The position numbers and the translations under genes are program-made. From contig OY776562.1 in NCBI GenBank assembly GCA_963675785.1, forward strand, positions 1,999,774 through 2,063,773: a DNA stretch of 64,000 bases, read 5' to 3'. The notes beneath the pieces are model-generated. The model saw nothing but the letters and a program-made list of their open reading frames with translations. It searched no databases and was not told the origin of the DNA. Of the stretch, positions 37,345 through 45,932 are shown in pieces. Position 1 is the first letter of the stretch. Each line of letters opens with the position of its first letter. The DNA is from Anaerolineae bacterium. GTDB lineage: Bacteria > Chloroflexota > Anaerolineae > UBA1429.

Positions 37345-38775
37345 TTGGCTATGAATCGACCCGAATTTGCAGAGAGCCTGGCAGCACTTTTGGATTCACC
37401 GCAGGATGAGGCAGCACGCGATTTTGTCTATCACTATGCACCCATCATCTTGTTCGATGAGCGCGAACCGTTTCTGCCCTTAGCAGGCGGATATACAGTG
37501 TTCACCGAGGATGGCCCTTCGGCCTCTTTTCGGCGAGACGTGGCCCTACGTGGCGCTGACGCTGCCATCGAATACGCCATCTGGTGGGACTGGGATATCG
37601 AGCACCTCTATGAACTCGAACATGTGTGGGTGTATGTCAAAGACGATGAAGTAATGCGCGTCGAGGCCAGCTGGCACGGTAAGATGCACGACATGCTTTC
37701 TGGCCCCCACGAACCCGTCCGCGGCACGCATCCGGTGGTTTATTCACAGCCGGGCAAGCACGCCTTTGCTGCTATGCCCGATTGGTATGATGAGTTCAAA
37801 GCCTGGGCGCCCCGCCAGAGCCAGACCAATCGCCTGGCCGGAGCCGGCGGCGTGTTAGCTCCAGCTATGTTTGGCGGCAAAATCAGCGAGTGTCCCTTGT
37901 ACAACACCCTGGTGCGCACCTATATGCAAAGGATGTGTTTTGATGCATCCTGGTCCTTCACCAACGAATTCTCTTTCAACCGCGAGCAGATGGTGCCCTG
38001 GAAAACGCTATTCGAGTGGATTCCGAGCCGGGTGAACCTGTGGACGAGCATTATGGAGCAAGAGATCGCCCCTTCTGAATACCGCTATCTCAGGATCGGC
38101 CATCGCGGTGCACGCGCTTATGCGCCGGATAACACACTGACTTCATTCAAAAAAGCCATTGAATTGGATGCCGATTTCTCCGAGCTGGATGTTCATCTGA
38201 CGGCAGATGGCAAAATAGCCGTCATCCATGACGACATGCTACGCACCAACGATGGGCAATTTCTCAAGGTGCACGAACACACTCTGGAAGAGTTGCAGCG
38301 CGTTGATTTGGGCGGCGGAGAACGCGTCCCCGAGCTCAAAGAGGTTTTTGCCTTGGCTCGACAGTCTTTCATGGGGCTTTTGATTGAGATCAAGGACGGC
38401 CGTGTCATCCCCCAGCTTGCCGGGCTGTTCACCGAATCATGGATGAAACGTCTGGTTATGGTGAGCTCTTTTCGGCCAGACTGGGTGGCAGAGTTTGGGG
38501 CTGCTGTGCCAGGCGTGTCTACGGCTGTGCTCTTTGAATCGGCCAACATCAACGCCGTGGCGCTAGCCAAGGCCGCAGGAGCCCAGTATGTAGACCCCTG
38601 TTGGGAAGGCCTGAGGGATGATCCCGCAGATTTATTGACCGAGGAATGGATGAAAGCCGTGCGCGAGGCTAACTTGGGTATCATCTGCTGGAGCGAACAA
38701 CGCCCCAAGGTCATCGAGCACTTGAGGCAAATTGGGGTGGATGCCCTATGCAGCGATCAGCCTGATCTGTTGTAG
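37345..38775 (+). CDS. two-domain protein: uncharacterised about 245-aa N-terminal domain fused to glycerophosphodiester phosphodiesterase (GDPD) domain
   Basis: C-terminal half has the canonical GDPD signature HRG...E.D.H (LRIGHRGARAYAPDNTLTSFKKAIELDADFSELDVHLTADGKIAVIHDD). The N-terminal half matches nothing I recognise. Confidence 0.7.
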   Translation: MAMNRPEFAESLAALLDSPQDEAARDFVYHYAPIILFDEREPFLPLAGGYTVFTEDGPSASFRRDVALRGADAAIEYAIWWDWDIEHLYELEHVWVYVKDDEVMRVEASWHGKMHDMLSGPHEPVRGTHPVVYSQPGKHAFAAMPDWYDEFKAWAPRQSQTNRLAGAGGVLAPAMFGGKISECPLYNTLVRTYMQRMCFDASWSFTNEFSFNREQMVPWKTLFEWIPSRVNLWTSIMEQEIAPSEYRYLRIGHRGARAYAPDNTLTSFKKAIELDADFSELDVHLTADGKIAVIHDDMLRTNDGQFLKVHEHTLEELQRVDLGGGERVPELKEVFALARQSFMGLLIEIKDGRVIPQLAGLFTESWMKRLVMVSSFRPDWVAEFGAAVPGVSTAVLFESANINAVALAKAAGAQYVDPCWEGLRDDPADLLTEEWMKAVREANLGIICWSEQRPKVIEHLRQIGVDALCSDQPDLL

Positions 38776-38822
38776 TGAACAAAGGGCCCTCTTTCTGAGG
38801 GCTCTTTTGCCAAAGGAGTGCC

Positions 38823-39722
38823 ATGGAACACATCATCAAACTCGTACACCATAGCGCCAACCGAGAGCACGGCTTTCCCTCAGGCTCGTTAGCGGCAGTA
38901 CGTAACTGTATCGAGAACAAGGCCAGCTATATCGAAGTGGACATCTGCCCTACCGTCGATGGACGCTGGGCGCTGCTGCATAATCCCACCCTCGAAGGGC
39001 AAGTCACTGGCAAAGGCCGTGTGGATGCTCACACCGCCGCTGAGCTGGCTGGCATGAAGTTGATAACAAACGGCCAACCCACCGCAGAGCCGGTATCCTT
39101 CCTCAGCGACCTGCTGATTCTGATGGAAACGACCCCCTATCCCCTTGAGCTCCAACTCGACCTCAAGGCACACTCACCTCTTCCCCTACCTTTGTTGGAA
39201 GGGCTAGTACAGGCCTGTGAACCACTGCTGGGGCGCATTCGCATCAGTAGCGTGGCCGATTGGGTGCTGCGCCGTTTGGCACGCATCGAACCGCAGCTGG
39301 CTTTGGGATTCGATCCCCTAGCTTATTTGGATGTGGGCAACGGTCAGGAACGCAAATCACCACCCAGGCGAGTTGGTGCCTACGGCTATCATGACGAGCA
39401 CCCTTTGGCGGAAACTGTGTGGGGCACCCCTGCAGAATATCTGGCTACGCGGGCCGAGATCCTCTACGACCAAGCTCCTGCTGGCGCGGTCTGGTACATC
39501 CGCGCCTACATGCTGGATCAAGCCCTACGAAACGGCTTTGACTGGATCACCTTTTTGCACAACCGCGACGCAGAAGTGGATGCTTGGACACTAGATAACA
39601 CCCGATCGTTGGATACCGCACTCATCCCCCAATTGGCCCAGGCTAACGTCGACCGTATTACCAGCAATACGGCGCCAGCCATTGCTGCACTGCTTCAAGA
39701 ATCTTGTTGCGTGCAGCTTTAG
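38823..39722 (+). CDS. divergent GDPD/PLC-like phosphodiesterase superfamily protein
   Basis: HHSANREHGFPSGSLAAVRNCIENKASYIEVDICPTVDGRWALLHNP resembles the GDPD HR...N...E.D catalytic arrangement but is atypical. Confidence 0.5.
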   Translation: MEHIIKLVHHSANREHGFPSGSLAAVRNCIENKASYIEVDICPTVDGRWALLHNPTLEGQVTGKGRVDAHTAAELAGMKLITNGQPTAEPVSFLSDLLILMETTPYPLELQLDLKAHSPLPLPLLEGLVQACEPLLGRIRISSVADWVLRRLARIEPQLALGFDPLAYLDVGNGQERKSPPRRVGAYGYHDEHPLAETVWGTPAEYLATRAEILYDQAPAGAVWYIRAYMLDQALRNGFDWITFLHNRDAEVDAWTLDNTRSLDTALIPQLAQANVDRITSNTAPAIAALLQESCCVQL

Positions 39723-39725
39723 CAC

Positions 39726-39753
39726 TTGACAAAAAAACGACCTTGCCTATACT
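39726..39753 (+). promoter_or_regulatory. near-consensus sigma70 promoter of the LacI-controlled operon
   Basis: TTGACA-(16 nt)-TATACT. The predicted TSS abuts operator O1. Confidence 0.5.
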
Positions 39754-39763
39754 GCTGTGCATG

Positions 39764-39777
39764 TGCACACGTGTGCA
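39764..39777. promoter_or_regulatory. operator O1: perfect 14-bp palindrome TGCACACGTGTGCA (LacI/GalR-type, central CG)
   Basis: Self-complementary 14-mer just downstream of the -10 element. Confidence 0.5.
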
Positions 39778-39818
39778 TCAAGCCCTACCTCCTCTGGGCG
39801 GTTTTTTTGACTAACCGA

Positions 39819-39832
39819 TGCACACGTGTGCA
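39819..39832. promoter_or_regulatory. operator O2: second identical palindrome TGCACACGTGTGCA
   Basis: Identical 14-mer. Centre-to-centre spacing from O1 is 55 bp, about five helical turns. It lies about 30 bp before the LacI-family gene start. Confidence 0.5.
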
Positions 39833-39862
39833 ATGCGTTGATTGCAACTTTCGAAAGGGAAG

Positions 39863-40870
39863 ATGTTGGGCGGCGTATCCATTAAGGACATTGCCAGAGA
39901 AGCCGGTGTCTCACATTCGACTGTCTCACGTGCTTTGAGAAACAGTCCACTCGTTAATTGTGAGACCGCCGAACGTATTCAAAAACTGGCCCGACATATG
40001 GGGTACTCACCCGATACCATCGCCCGCAGCCTGGTAACCGGTAAAACAAACACCATTGGTGTCGTTGTAACCTCGATCGTCGATCCTTTTGTGGCGGGCA
40101 TCGTTCAGGCCATCGAATCCCAAGCCAGCCAACAAGGCTATACCGTCATCCTGGCATCCTCAGCCGCCCAGCCCGTTCGTGAAATGGAAGCTGTACGTAT
40201 GCTGCGCGAAAAGCGCATTGATGGCATTATTGTAACGTCATCCCGCGTTGGCAGTCTCTATGCCAATGTCCTCGATCAACTCGGTATACCCATTGTGCTG
40301 ATCAACACCCACGCTGAAGGCGGTACCCAATACACCTATTCGGTTACGATTGATAACGAGCACGGCGGCTATACAGCTACCAAACACCTCATTGCCCAAG
40401 GACACGAGCGCATCGCCTATATTGCCGGCTCGGATCGACATAGTGACGACATCGGCCGCATGGCCGGATACCGCCGGGCATTGGCAGAAGCCGATGTCGA
40501 ATTCGATAACGCATTGATCCTTCGTGGCGACGGCACCGCCGAAGGTGGCCGATGTATCCTAGAACAGCTATTGACATTGCCCGGCCGCCCTTCAGCTGTG
40601 TTTTGCTATAACGACCTGACTGCAATTGGCGTGATGAGCCGTGCGCGCGAGCTGGGATTGTTCGTGCCCAACGATATCGCCGTGGTTGGCTTTGACGATA
40701 TCCCTTTTAGTTCATTGATGTGGCCCACCCTAACGACTATAGCCCAGCCGATTGAGCGTATGGGCTCTTGTGCGGTAGATATGATGATGCAGCTTCTCAA
40801 GCAGCGCGGCGATGGCGGCGTTCATAACCAGGTGCTACAAGGATATCTTGTGGATCGCGCTTCAACGTAG
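39863..40870 (+). CDS. LacI-family transcriptional repressor
   Basis: N-terminal HTH (VSIKDIAREAGVSHSTVSRALRN) and periplasmic-binding-protein-like sugar-binding core. Start at MLGGVSIK with AAGGGAAG upstream. Confidence 0.85.
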   Translation: MLGGVSIKDIAREAGVSHSTVSRALRNSPLVNCETAERIQKLARHMGYSPDTIARSLVTGKTNTIGVVVTSIVDPFVAGIVQAIESQASQQGYTVILASSAAQPVREMEAVRMLREKRIDGIIVTSSRVGSLYANVLDQLGIPIVLINTHAEGGTQYTYSVTIDNEHGGYTATKHLIAQGHERIAYIAGSDRHSDDIGRMAGYRRALAEADVEFDNALILRGDGTAEGGRCILEQLLTLPGRPSAVFCYNDLTAIGVMSRARELGLFVPNDIAVVGFDDIPFSSLMWPTLTTIAQPIERMGSCAVDMMMQLLKQRGDGGVHNQVLQGYLVDRAST

Positions 40871-40946
40871 TGTGTAGGCTGGTGGTAAAAGCCACCAGTT
40901 TCGCTTTTTGGTTAGCGATCAGCGTGACGCAGATCAAGGAGGCACC

Positions 40947-42107
40947 ATGAAAGGTCTAGTTCTCAACGCAGAGTGGGATCCCCGCCCGGAGTATCAAGTT
41001 TCGGACTGGGAAAAGGAAACCGGAAAGGTCATCAACGGCAACAAAGTTTGGCGCAATCCATCTCTCGAGGTCAAAGCTTGGCCCGATCCCGAGATTGGCC
41101 CCAAAGACGTACTATTAGAGATTCAGGCTTGTGGCGTTTGCGGTTCAGACATGCACTTTTACGAGACCGACAAGGACGGCTATATCCTCTATCCAGGCTT
41201 GACCCGCTTCCCGACCATCTTGGGTCACGAATTCTCTGGTAAGGTCGTCGAAGTGGGCCCCGATGTTGTCGATCTCAAGGTTGGCGATATGGTTACCGCC
41301 GAAGAGATGATTTGGTGCGGTTACTGCATCCCCTGCCGCAACGGCTATCCCAACCATTGCACCAACCTGGAAGAAATCGGCTTTACCATCCCCGGCGCCT
41401 TTGCCAACTATATCTCGGTGAACGAAAAATACTGCTGGAAGATCGACGCCATCGCCGAGCGCTTTGGTGATGAGACCAAGGCCTACGAAGTAGGTGCTCT
41501 GACCGAGCCCACCACCGTAGCCTACAATGGTATGTTCGAGCGCGCCGGCGGCTTTCGCCCCGGCCACTATGTCGCCATCTATGGTGCAGGCCCCATCGGT
41601 CTGGCCGCAGTGGGTCTGGCTCGCGCAGCTGGCGCAGGCAAGATCGTCTCTTTTGAAATCTCTCCAGAGCGCCGCGAGTTGGCCAAAAAAGTCGGCGCCG
41701 ATTATGTATACGACCCGCGCGAAGTCAAGCCCTCGGAAGTGCTAAAGGAATTGAGTGCCGGAGCCGGTTTCGATTTTCAGGTAGAAGCCGCTGGTGCCCC
41801 CGGCATCACCATTCCCGAAATGCAGGAATCTCTGGCCATCAACAGCAAGGTCGTACAAATCGGCCGCGGCGCTCAGCAAGTGCCCATGTACCTCGAAAAT
41901 TTCCAGGTCCGCCGCTCGCAGATATTTGGTGCACAGGGTCATTCGGGCCATGAGACCTTCCCGAACGTCATTCGCCTGGTCGCCTCGGGTCGCTTGGACC
42001 TAAGCCCCATCATCACGTCCAAGTATGATCTGGTTGACACAGTCAGTGCCATCGCCAAATCGACGCAACGCCGAGACGGCAAGATTTTGGTCAAACCGAA
42101 CGCCTGA
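40947..42107 (+). CDS. zinc-dependent medium-chain dehydrogenase (sorbitol-dehydrogenase-like; candidate 2-keto-myo-inositol dehydrogenase IolM-type)
   Basis: Catalytic and structural zinc ligands (CGVCGSDMH, GHEFSG, C..C..C..C cluster), Rossmann GAGPIGLAA. Pathway role inferred from context. Confidence 0.7.
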   Translation: MKGLVLNAEWDPRPEYQVSDWEKETGKVINGNKVWRNPSLEVKAWPDPEIGPKDVLLEIQACGVCGSDMHFYETDKDGYILYPGLTRFPTILGHEFSGKVVEVGPDVVDLKVGDMVTAEEMIWCGYCIPCRNGYPNHCTNLEEIGFTIPGAFANYISVNEKYCWKIDAIAERFGDETKAYEVGALTEPTTVAYNGMFERAGGFRPGHYVAIYGAGPIGLAAVGLARAAGAGKIVSFEISPERRELAKKVGADYVYDPREVKPSEVLKELSAGAGFDFQVEAAGAPGITIPEMQESLAINSKVVQIGRGAQQVPMYLENFQVRRSQIFGAQGHSGHETFPNVIRLVASGRLDLSPIITSKYDLVDTVSAIAKSTQRRDGKILVKPNA

Positions 42108-42126
42108 TTAGGGCAGGAGCAAGCTC

Positions 42127-43146
42127 ATGGCAGAAAAATTGAGGTTAGGTCTGCTCGGCGCCGGCAGGATCGGCAAATTGCATGGGCGTAACATCGCCAA
42201 TCGCATCGAGAATGCAACATTAGCGGCTATTGCCGATGTATACGTGGCCGCTGCACAGGCGCTGGCTGACGAACTCGGTGTTGCCCAAGTGTACAATGAC
42301 CCGATGCACGTGATCAACGATCCCGAGATTGATGCCGTCATCATTTGCACCAGCACCAACACCCATGCCGAATTGATTGAAGCGGCAGCCAAAGCGGGCA
42401 AGCATATCTTTTGCGAAAAGCCCATCGATCACGATCTGGCGCGCATTGACCAGGTACTTGAGGTTGTGAAAGAAGCGGGCATCAATCTGCAAGTAGGGTT
42501 CAACAGACGCTTTGACCCAGGATTTGCCCGAGCCCAGCGCGCGGTAGCCGAGGGCCAGGTGGGCGATGTGCAGATCATGCGCATCACTAGCCGCGACCCG
42601 GCTCCCCCCCCCATCGAGTATGTCAAGGTTTCTGGCGGCCTGTTCATGGACATGATGATCCACGACTTTGACATGAGCCGCTTTTTGGTGGGCCGTGAGG
42701 TAGAAGAAATCTATGCTGTAGGCGCCGTGCTCATCGATCCAGCCATTGGCGAGGTCGGCGATGTGGATACAGCAGTTGTCACCATCCGTTTTGAGAACGG
42801 CGTCATTGGCACCATCGATTGCAGCCGCCAGGCTGTGTATGGCTATGACCAGCGCATCGAGGTGTTTGGCTCCAAAGGTATGGTCGCAGTGGGTAACAAC
42901 ACGCCAGATCAGGCCGTTGTGACCACAATAGACGGCGCCTTGGCTGCCAAGCCAGTCTATTTCTTCCTGGAACGCTACGAGCAGGCCTATATCGCCGAGA
43001 TGACCGCCTTTGCCCAGGCCATTCTTGATGGTACCGAAACACCGGTAACAGGATGGGACGGACGCATGCCCGTGGTTATGGCTGCTGCAGCACTCAAATC
43101 ACTGAAAGAAGGGCGACCCGTTCGCCTGGATGAAATCAGAGCATAG
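42127..43146 (+). CDS. iolG: myo-inositol 2-dehydrogenase (Gfo/Idh/MocA family)
   Basis: LGLLGAGRIGKLH, CEKP, VGFNRRFD. The IolG-like pattern is conserved throughout. Confidence 0.8.
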   Translation: MAEKLRLGLLGAGRIGKLHGRNIANRIENATLAAIADVYVAAAQALADELGVAQVYNDPMHVINDPEIDAVIICTSTNTHAELIEAAAKAGKHIFCEKPIDHDLARIDQVLEVVKEAGINLQVGFNRRFDPGFARAQRAVAEGQVGDVQIMRITSRDPAPPPIEYVKVSGGLFMDMMIHDFDMSRFLVGREVEEIYAVGAVLIDPAIGEVGDVDTAVVTIRFENGVIGTIDCSRQAVYGYDQRIEVFGSKGMVAVGNNTPDQAVVTTIDGALAAKPVYFFLERYEQAYIAEMTAFAQAILDGTETPVTGWDGRMPVVMAAAALKSLKEGRPVRLDEIRA

Positions 43147-43160
43147 GATTGGAGAATATC

Positions 43161-44276
43161 ATGTCAGAAACACCCAAGGGCCTTTTGGCCACCGGTCAGC
43201 CCGATTTGTTCTTTGAGGACAATGGGGTTGGCAGGATGAAAAAGCAGATCTGGGAGGCGACAGCCGCAGAGATCGATGCCATCCTGGAAGAATACGACGT
43301 GCCTTCACCCATCGAATGGGGCAAAGCTGGTTCGTATATTCAGACCACCGTTCGCCATCAGGTTGAACAAGAGCGCAGAAAGAACGACATCGTGCTGATT
43401 CCGGTGGGCTGCACCGAGCTTCACGGCCAGCACATGGTCAGCGCTTCGGATACCATCTATGTCAGCGCCATCTGCGAAGGCGTACGCCGCTACACCGCCA
43501 AACGCGGCGCCCCCGTAGCTGTAGCCCTGCCACCGCTCAACTATGGCTCGCACCCCTACCATCATCTGGGCATGCCCGGCACGGTGATTGTACGCGAGAA
43601 CGTGGCCCGCGAGTTGTTGATCGACGTCATGCTTGGCCTGTGGAACGACGGCTATCGCAAGCAGATCATCGTCAACAACCACGGCCACCTGTGGATGCTA
43701 GAATCGGCATTGCAGCAGTTCTGCAAGCGCTACCAGCTCCCCGGCATCTATCGCGTTATCGACTGGCACCGTGCCACTCGCGAGTTCTGGCGCACCAAGG
43801 AACGCGGTGGTGAGTGGGACACCAACTTTGTACATGCCGACGAGTCCGAGACCTCGCTAAGCCTGCTCTTTACGCCGGACATGGTCGATATGAACTATGC
43901 TGTCGATACTGTAGGCAAGAGCTATCTGCCCGAAGGCCATTTTGACAAGTCGGTCGATCCCTTTGGTCGGCCCAGTCGCTGGTCAGAAGGCGAAGGTCAG
44001 TCCCCCATCGAGATCTCTGGCACGCCCGAGGGTGTGGTCGGTTTGGCCACCCACGGCGATGCCCAAAAGGCCAAGCGCCCGGTGGCAGCCATCCTCAAGT
44101 ACCTCACCTTACTGGTTGATGACATCCTGGAGGCCTTCCCAGCCGGCACCCTTCCGCCGACCGAAGAAGTCAGCCTGCGCGATCCAGAAGAGCTGGCCCC
44201 CTACCTCAAGGAACCGTTCAGCGAGGGTTGGAAGCCTGTTTACGGCCTGCCCCGCGTTGGCCAGGACACTTACTGA
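43161..44276 (+). CDS. creatininase-family hydrolase (candidate diketo-inositol ring-opening hydrolase, IolN-type)
   Basis: Creatininase-fold metal-ligand pattern (VGCTELHGQH, NNHGHLW, HADESETS). ATG with GGAGAA upstream. Confidence 0.65.
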   Translation: MSETPKGLLATGQPDLFFEDNGVGRMKKQIWEATAAEIDAILEEYDVPSPIEWGKAGSYIQTTVRHQVEQERRKNDIVLIPVGCTELHGQHMVSASDTIYVSAICEGVRRYTAKRGAPVAVALPPLNYGSHPYHHLGMPGTVIVRENVARELLIDVMLGLWNDGYRKQIIVNNHGHLWMLESALQQFCKRYQLPGIYRVIDWHRATREFWRTKERGGEWDTNFVHADESETSLSLLFTPDMVDMNYAVDTVGKSYLPEGHFDKSVDPFGRPSRWSEGEGQSPIEISGTPEGVVGLATHGDAQKAKRPVAAILKYLTLLVDDILEAFPAGTLPPTEEVSLRDPEELAPYLKEPFSEGWKPVYGLPRVGQDTY

Positions 44277-44303
44277 GTAATCAACGAATAACGGAGCAGC
44301 TGC

Positions 44304-45119
44304 ATGAATTTGAGCATCGTTCTCTCGACACATCAGGCCAGTTTTCAGGCTGTGGCCTTTAAAGGAGACCTGGAAGAGAATATCAAACGCGTGACGGGAT
44401 GGGGTTATCGCGGTGTTGAACTGGCTATCCGTGACCCACGGTTGGTGAATGCTAACCAGCTCTTGGAGCTGGTAGCCAAATACAATGCGGTGATCCCTGC
44501 CATCGGCACCGGGCAAGCCTGGGGAGAGGAGCACCTCTCTTATACTGATCCGGATCCGGCCGTGCGGCGCGCCGCTATTGAGCGAACCAAGTCACACATC
44601 CCTTTTGCGGCGAGGGCCGATGCACTCATTATCATTGGGTTGCTACGCGGGCTGGTGCGCCCCGAGATAGAACATGCCCAGGCTATGGAATGGATGATCT
44701 CGGCACTACAAGAGTGCTGTGATGCAGCTGCTGACGAAGGCGTTCGTATCGCTCTTGAGCCGCTAAACCGCTACGAGACCACCCTAATCAACACTACCGC
44801 CCAGGGACTCGATATGCTGGCGACCATCGCCCGGCCCAATATGGGCCTGTTGCTGGATACGTTCCACATGAACATCGAGGACCCCGACATCATCGCAGCC
44901 ATCGTCCAGGCCGGAGATCGCGTGTTCCACTTTCACATTGCCGATTCGAACCGTTGGTATCCTGGCGCCGGCCATCTCGATTTTGGGCACATCCTGCGAT
45001 CGCTGGACGACAGTGGCTACAAGGGCTGGGTTTCGGGCGAGTTTATGCCCATACCCGACGCTAATACGTCGGCGCTACGCTGCATCGAACACCTGCGCGT
45101 GCTTCAACTAGTCGATTGA
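44304..45119 (+). CDS. xylose-isomerase-like TIM-barrel sugar (phosphate) isomerase/epimerase (candidate 5-keto-L-gluconate epimerase, IolO-type)
   Basis: AP_endonuc_2-type TIM-barrel motifs (IALEPLNRYET, DTFHMNIED, HFHIADSNR). Confidence 0.65.
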   Translation: MNLSIVLSTHQASFQAVAFKGDLEENIKRVTGWGYRGVELAIRDPRLVNANQLLELVAKYNAVIPAIGTGQAWGEEHLSYTDPDPAVRRAAIERTKSHIPFAARADALIIIGLLRGLVRPEIEHAQAMEWMISALQECCDAAADEGVRIALEPLNRYETTLINTTAQGLDMLATIARPNMGLLLDTFHMNIEDPDIIAAIVQAGDRVFHFHIADSNRWYPGAGHLDFGHILRSLDDSGYKGWVSGEFMPIPDANTSALRCIEHLRVLQLVD

Positions 45120-45127
45120 TCGACAAA

Positions 45128-45166
45128 GAAAAAGGCTCCGACCATGATGGTCGGAGCCTTTTTTGA
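45128..45166. terminator. bidirectional terminator
   Basis: AAAAAGGCTCCGACCAT-ga-ATGGTCGGAGCCTTTTTT. Confidence 0.55.
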
Positions 45167-45177
45167 TGCCCAAAATG

Positions 45178-45834
45178 CTACCAGTTACGAGATGCTATGG
45201 TTACCTGAAAGCTGGAATCGATCGAGAAATAGGAATAGGCCGAAGAGGCGACTGTGCCCAGCCAAACCCAGGCTGCATCCGAAAGGAATGCCGGAGCGTT
45301 ATCAGTAAGGAGCACTGTAAGCAACGAAGCGGCGCCAGTGATGAAATACACGCAGAAATAGAGGACGGCCAACCAGACGGCGCTGGTTGAGGATGTGTCA
45401 TCATCGGGCTCAACGACCTCTTCGTCATCCAATGCACCCACCACCGCCACGGGCAGGGCCACGCGCGCACCAAGGAATGAGGCCAGCCCGAGCATCTTGC
45501 AGCGAGCCCGAGAAGGCGATCTAAGGGCATGCCAGCCCACACTGAGGGACTTGTGTTTGGCGGGATCCTTGAGAGCCACCACAGAAGTGCTCGATTGACT
45601 GCCACGACTAAAGCCAGCCGTTACCACCGCACCAACCAAGCCCGAGAGTCCAGCCACAACGCGCGTCCAGGCGTCTGTGAACACAGGATCCGGTTCGGTG
45701 AGTGTGCGATAAATGGCAATGCCCATGACCAACGCATAAATGAGAACTGCCATCACCGTCAGCATGAGCGAAAGAATCCTTCGCAGACGTTGAGGCAGCA
45801 ATTCGCTCTCGATAATTTCTTCCACGTCACCCAT
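45178..45834 (-). CDS. hypothetical membrane protein
   Basis: Four or more hydrophobic helices; no recognisable motif. Bounded by terminators on both sides. Confidence 0.45.
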   Translation of the reverse strand: MGDVEEIIESELLPQRLRRILSLMLTVMAVLIYALVMGIAIYRTLTEPDPVFTDAWTRVVAGLSGLVGAVVTAGFSRGSQSSTSVVALKDPAKHKSLSVGWHALRSPSRARCKMLGLASFLGARVALPVAVVGALDDEEVVEPDDDTSSTSAVWLAVLYFCVYFITGAASLLTVLLTDNAPAFLSDAAWVWLGTVASSAYSYFSIDSSFQVTIASRNW

Positions 45835-45883
45835 CCTCCTGTATTCCTGTCGGCATTATAACGGGTTCACATGGTTGACGTCA

Positions 45884-45916
45884 ACGAAAAAGGGGCATCT
45901 CGTAAGATGCCCCTCA
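45884..45916 (-). terminator. rho-independent terminator of tyrS
   Basis: Minus strand: GAGGGGCATCT-tacg-AGATGCCCCT then TTTTTCGTTG. Nearly identical to the aspS terminator. Confidence 0.55.
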
Positions 45917-45932
45917 TATACTCGTTGGATAG

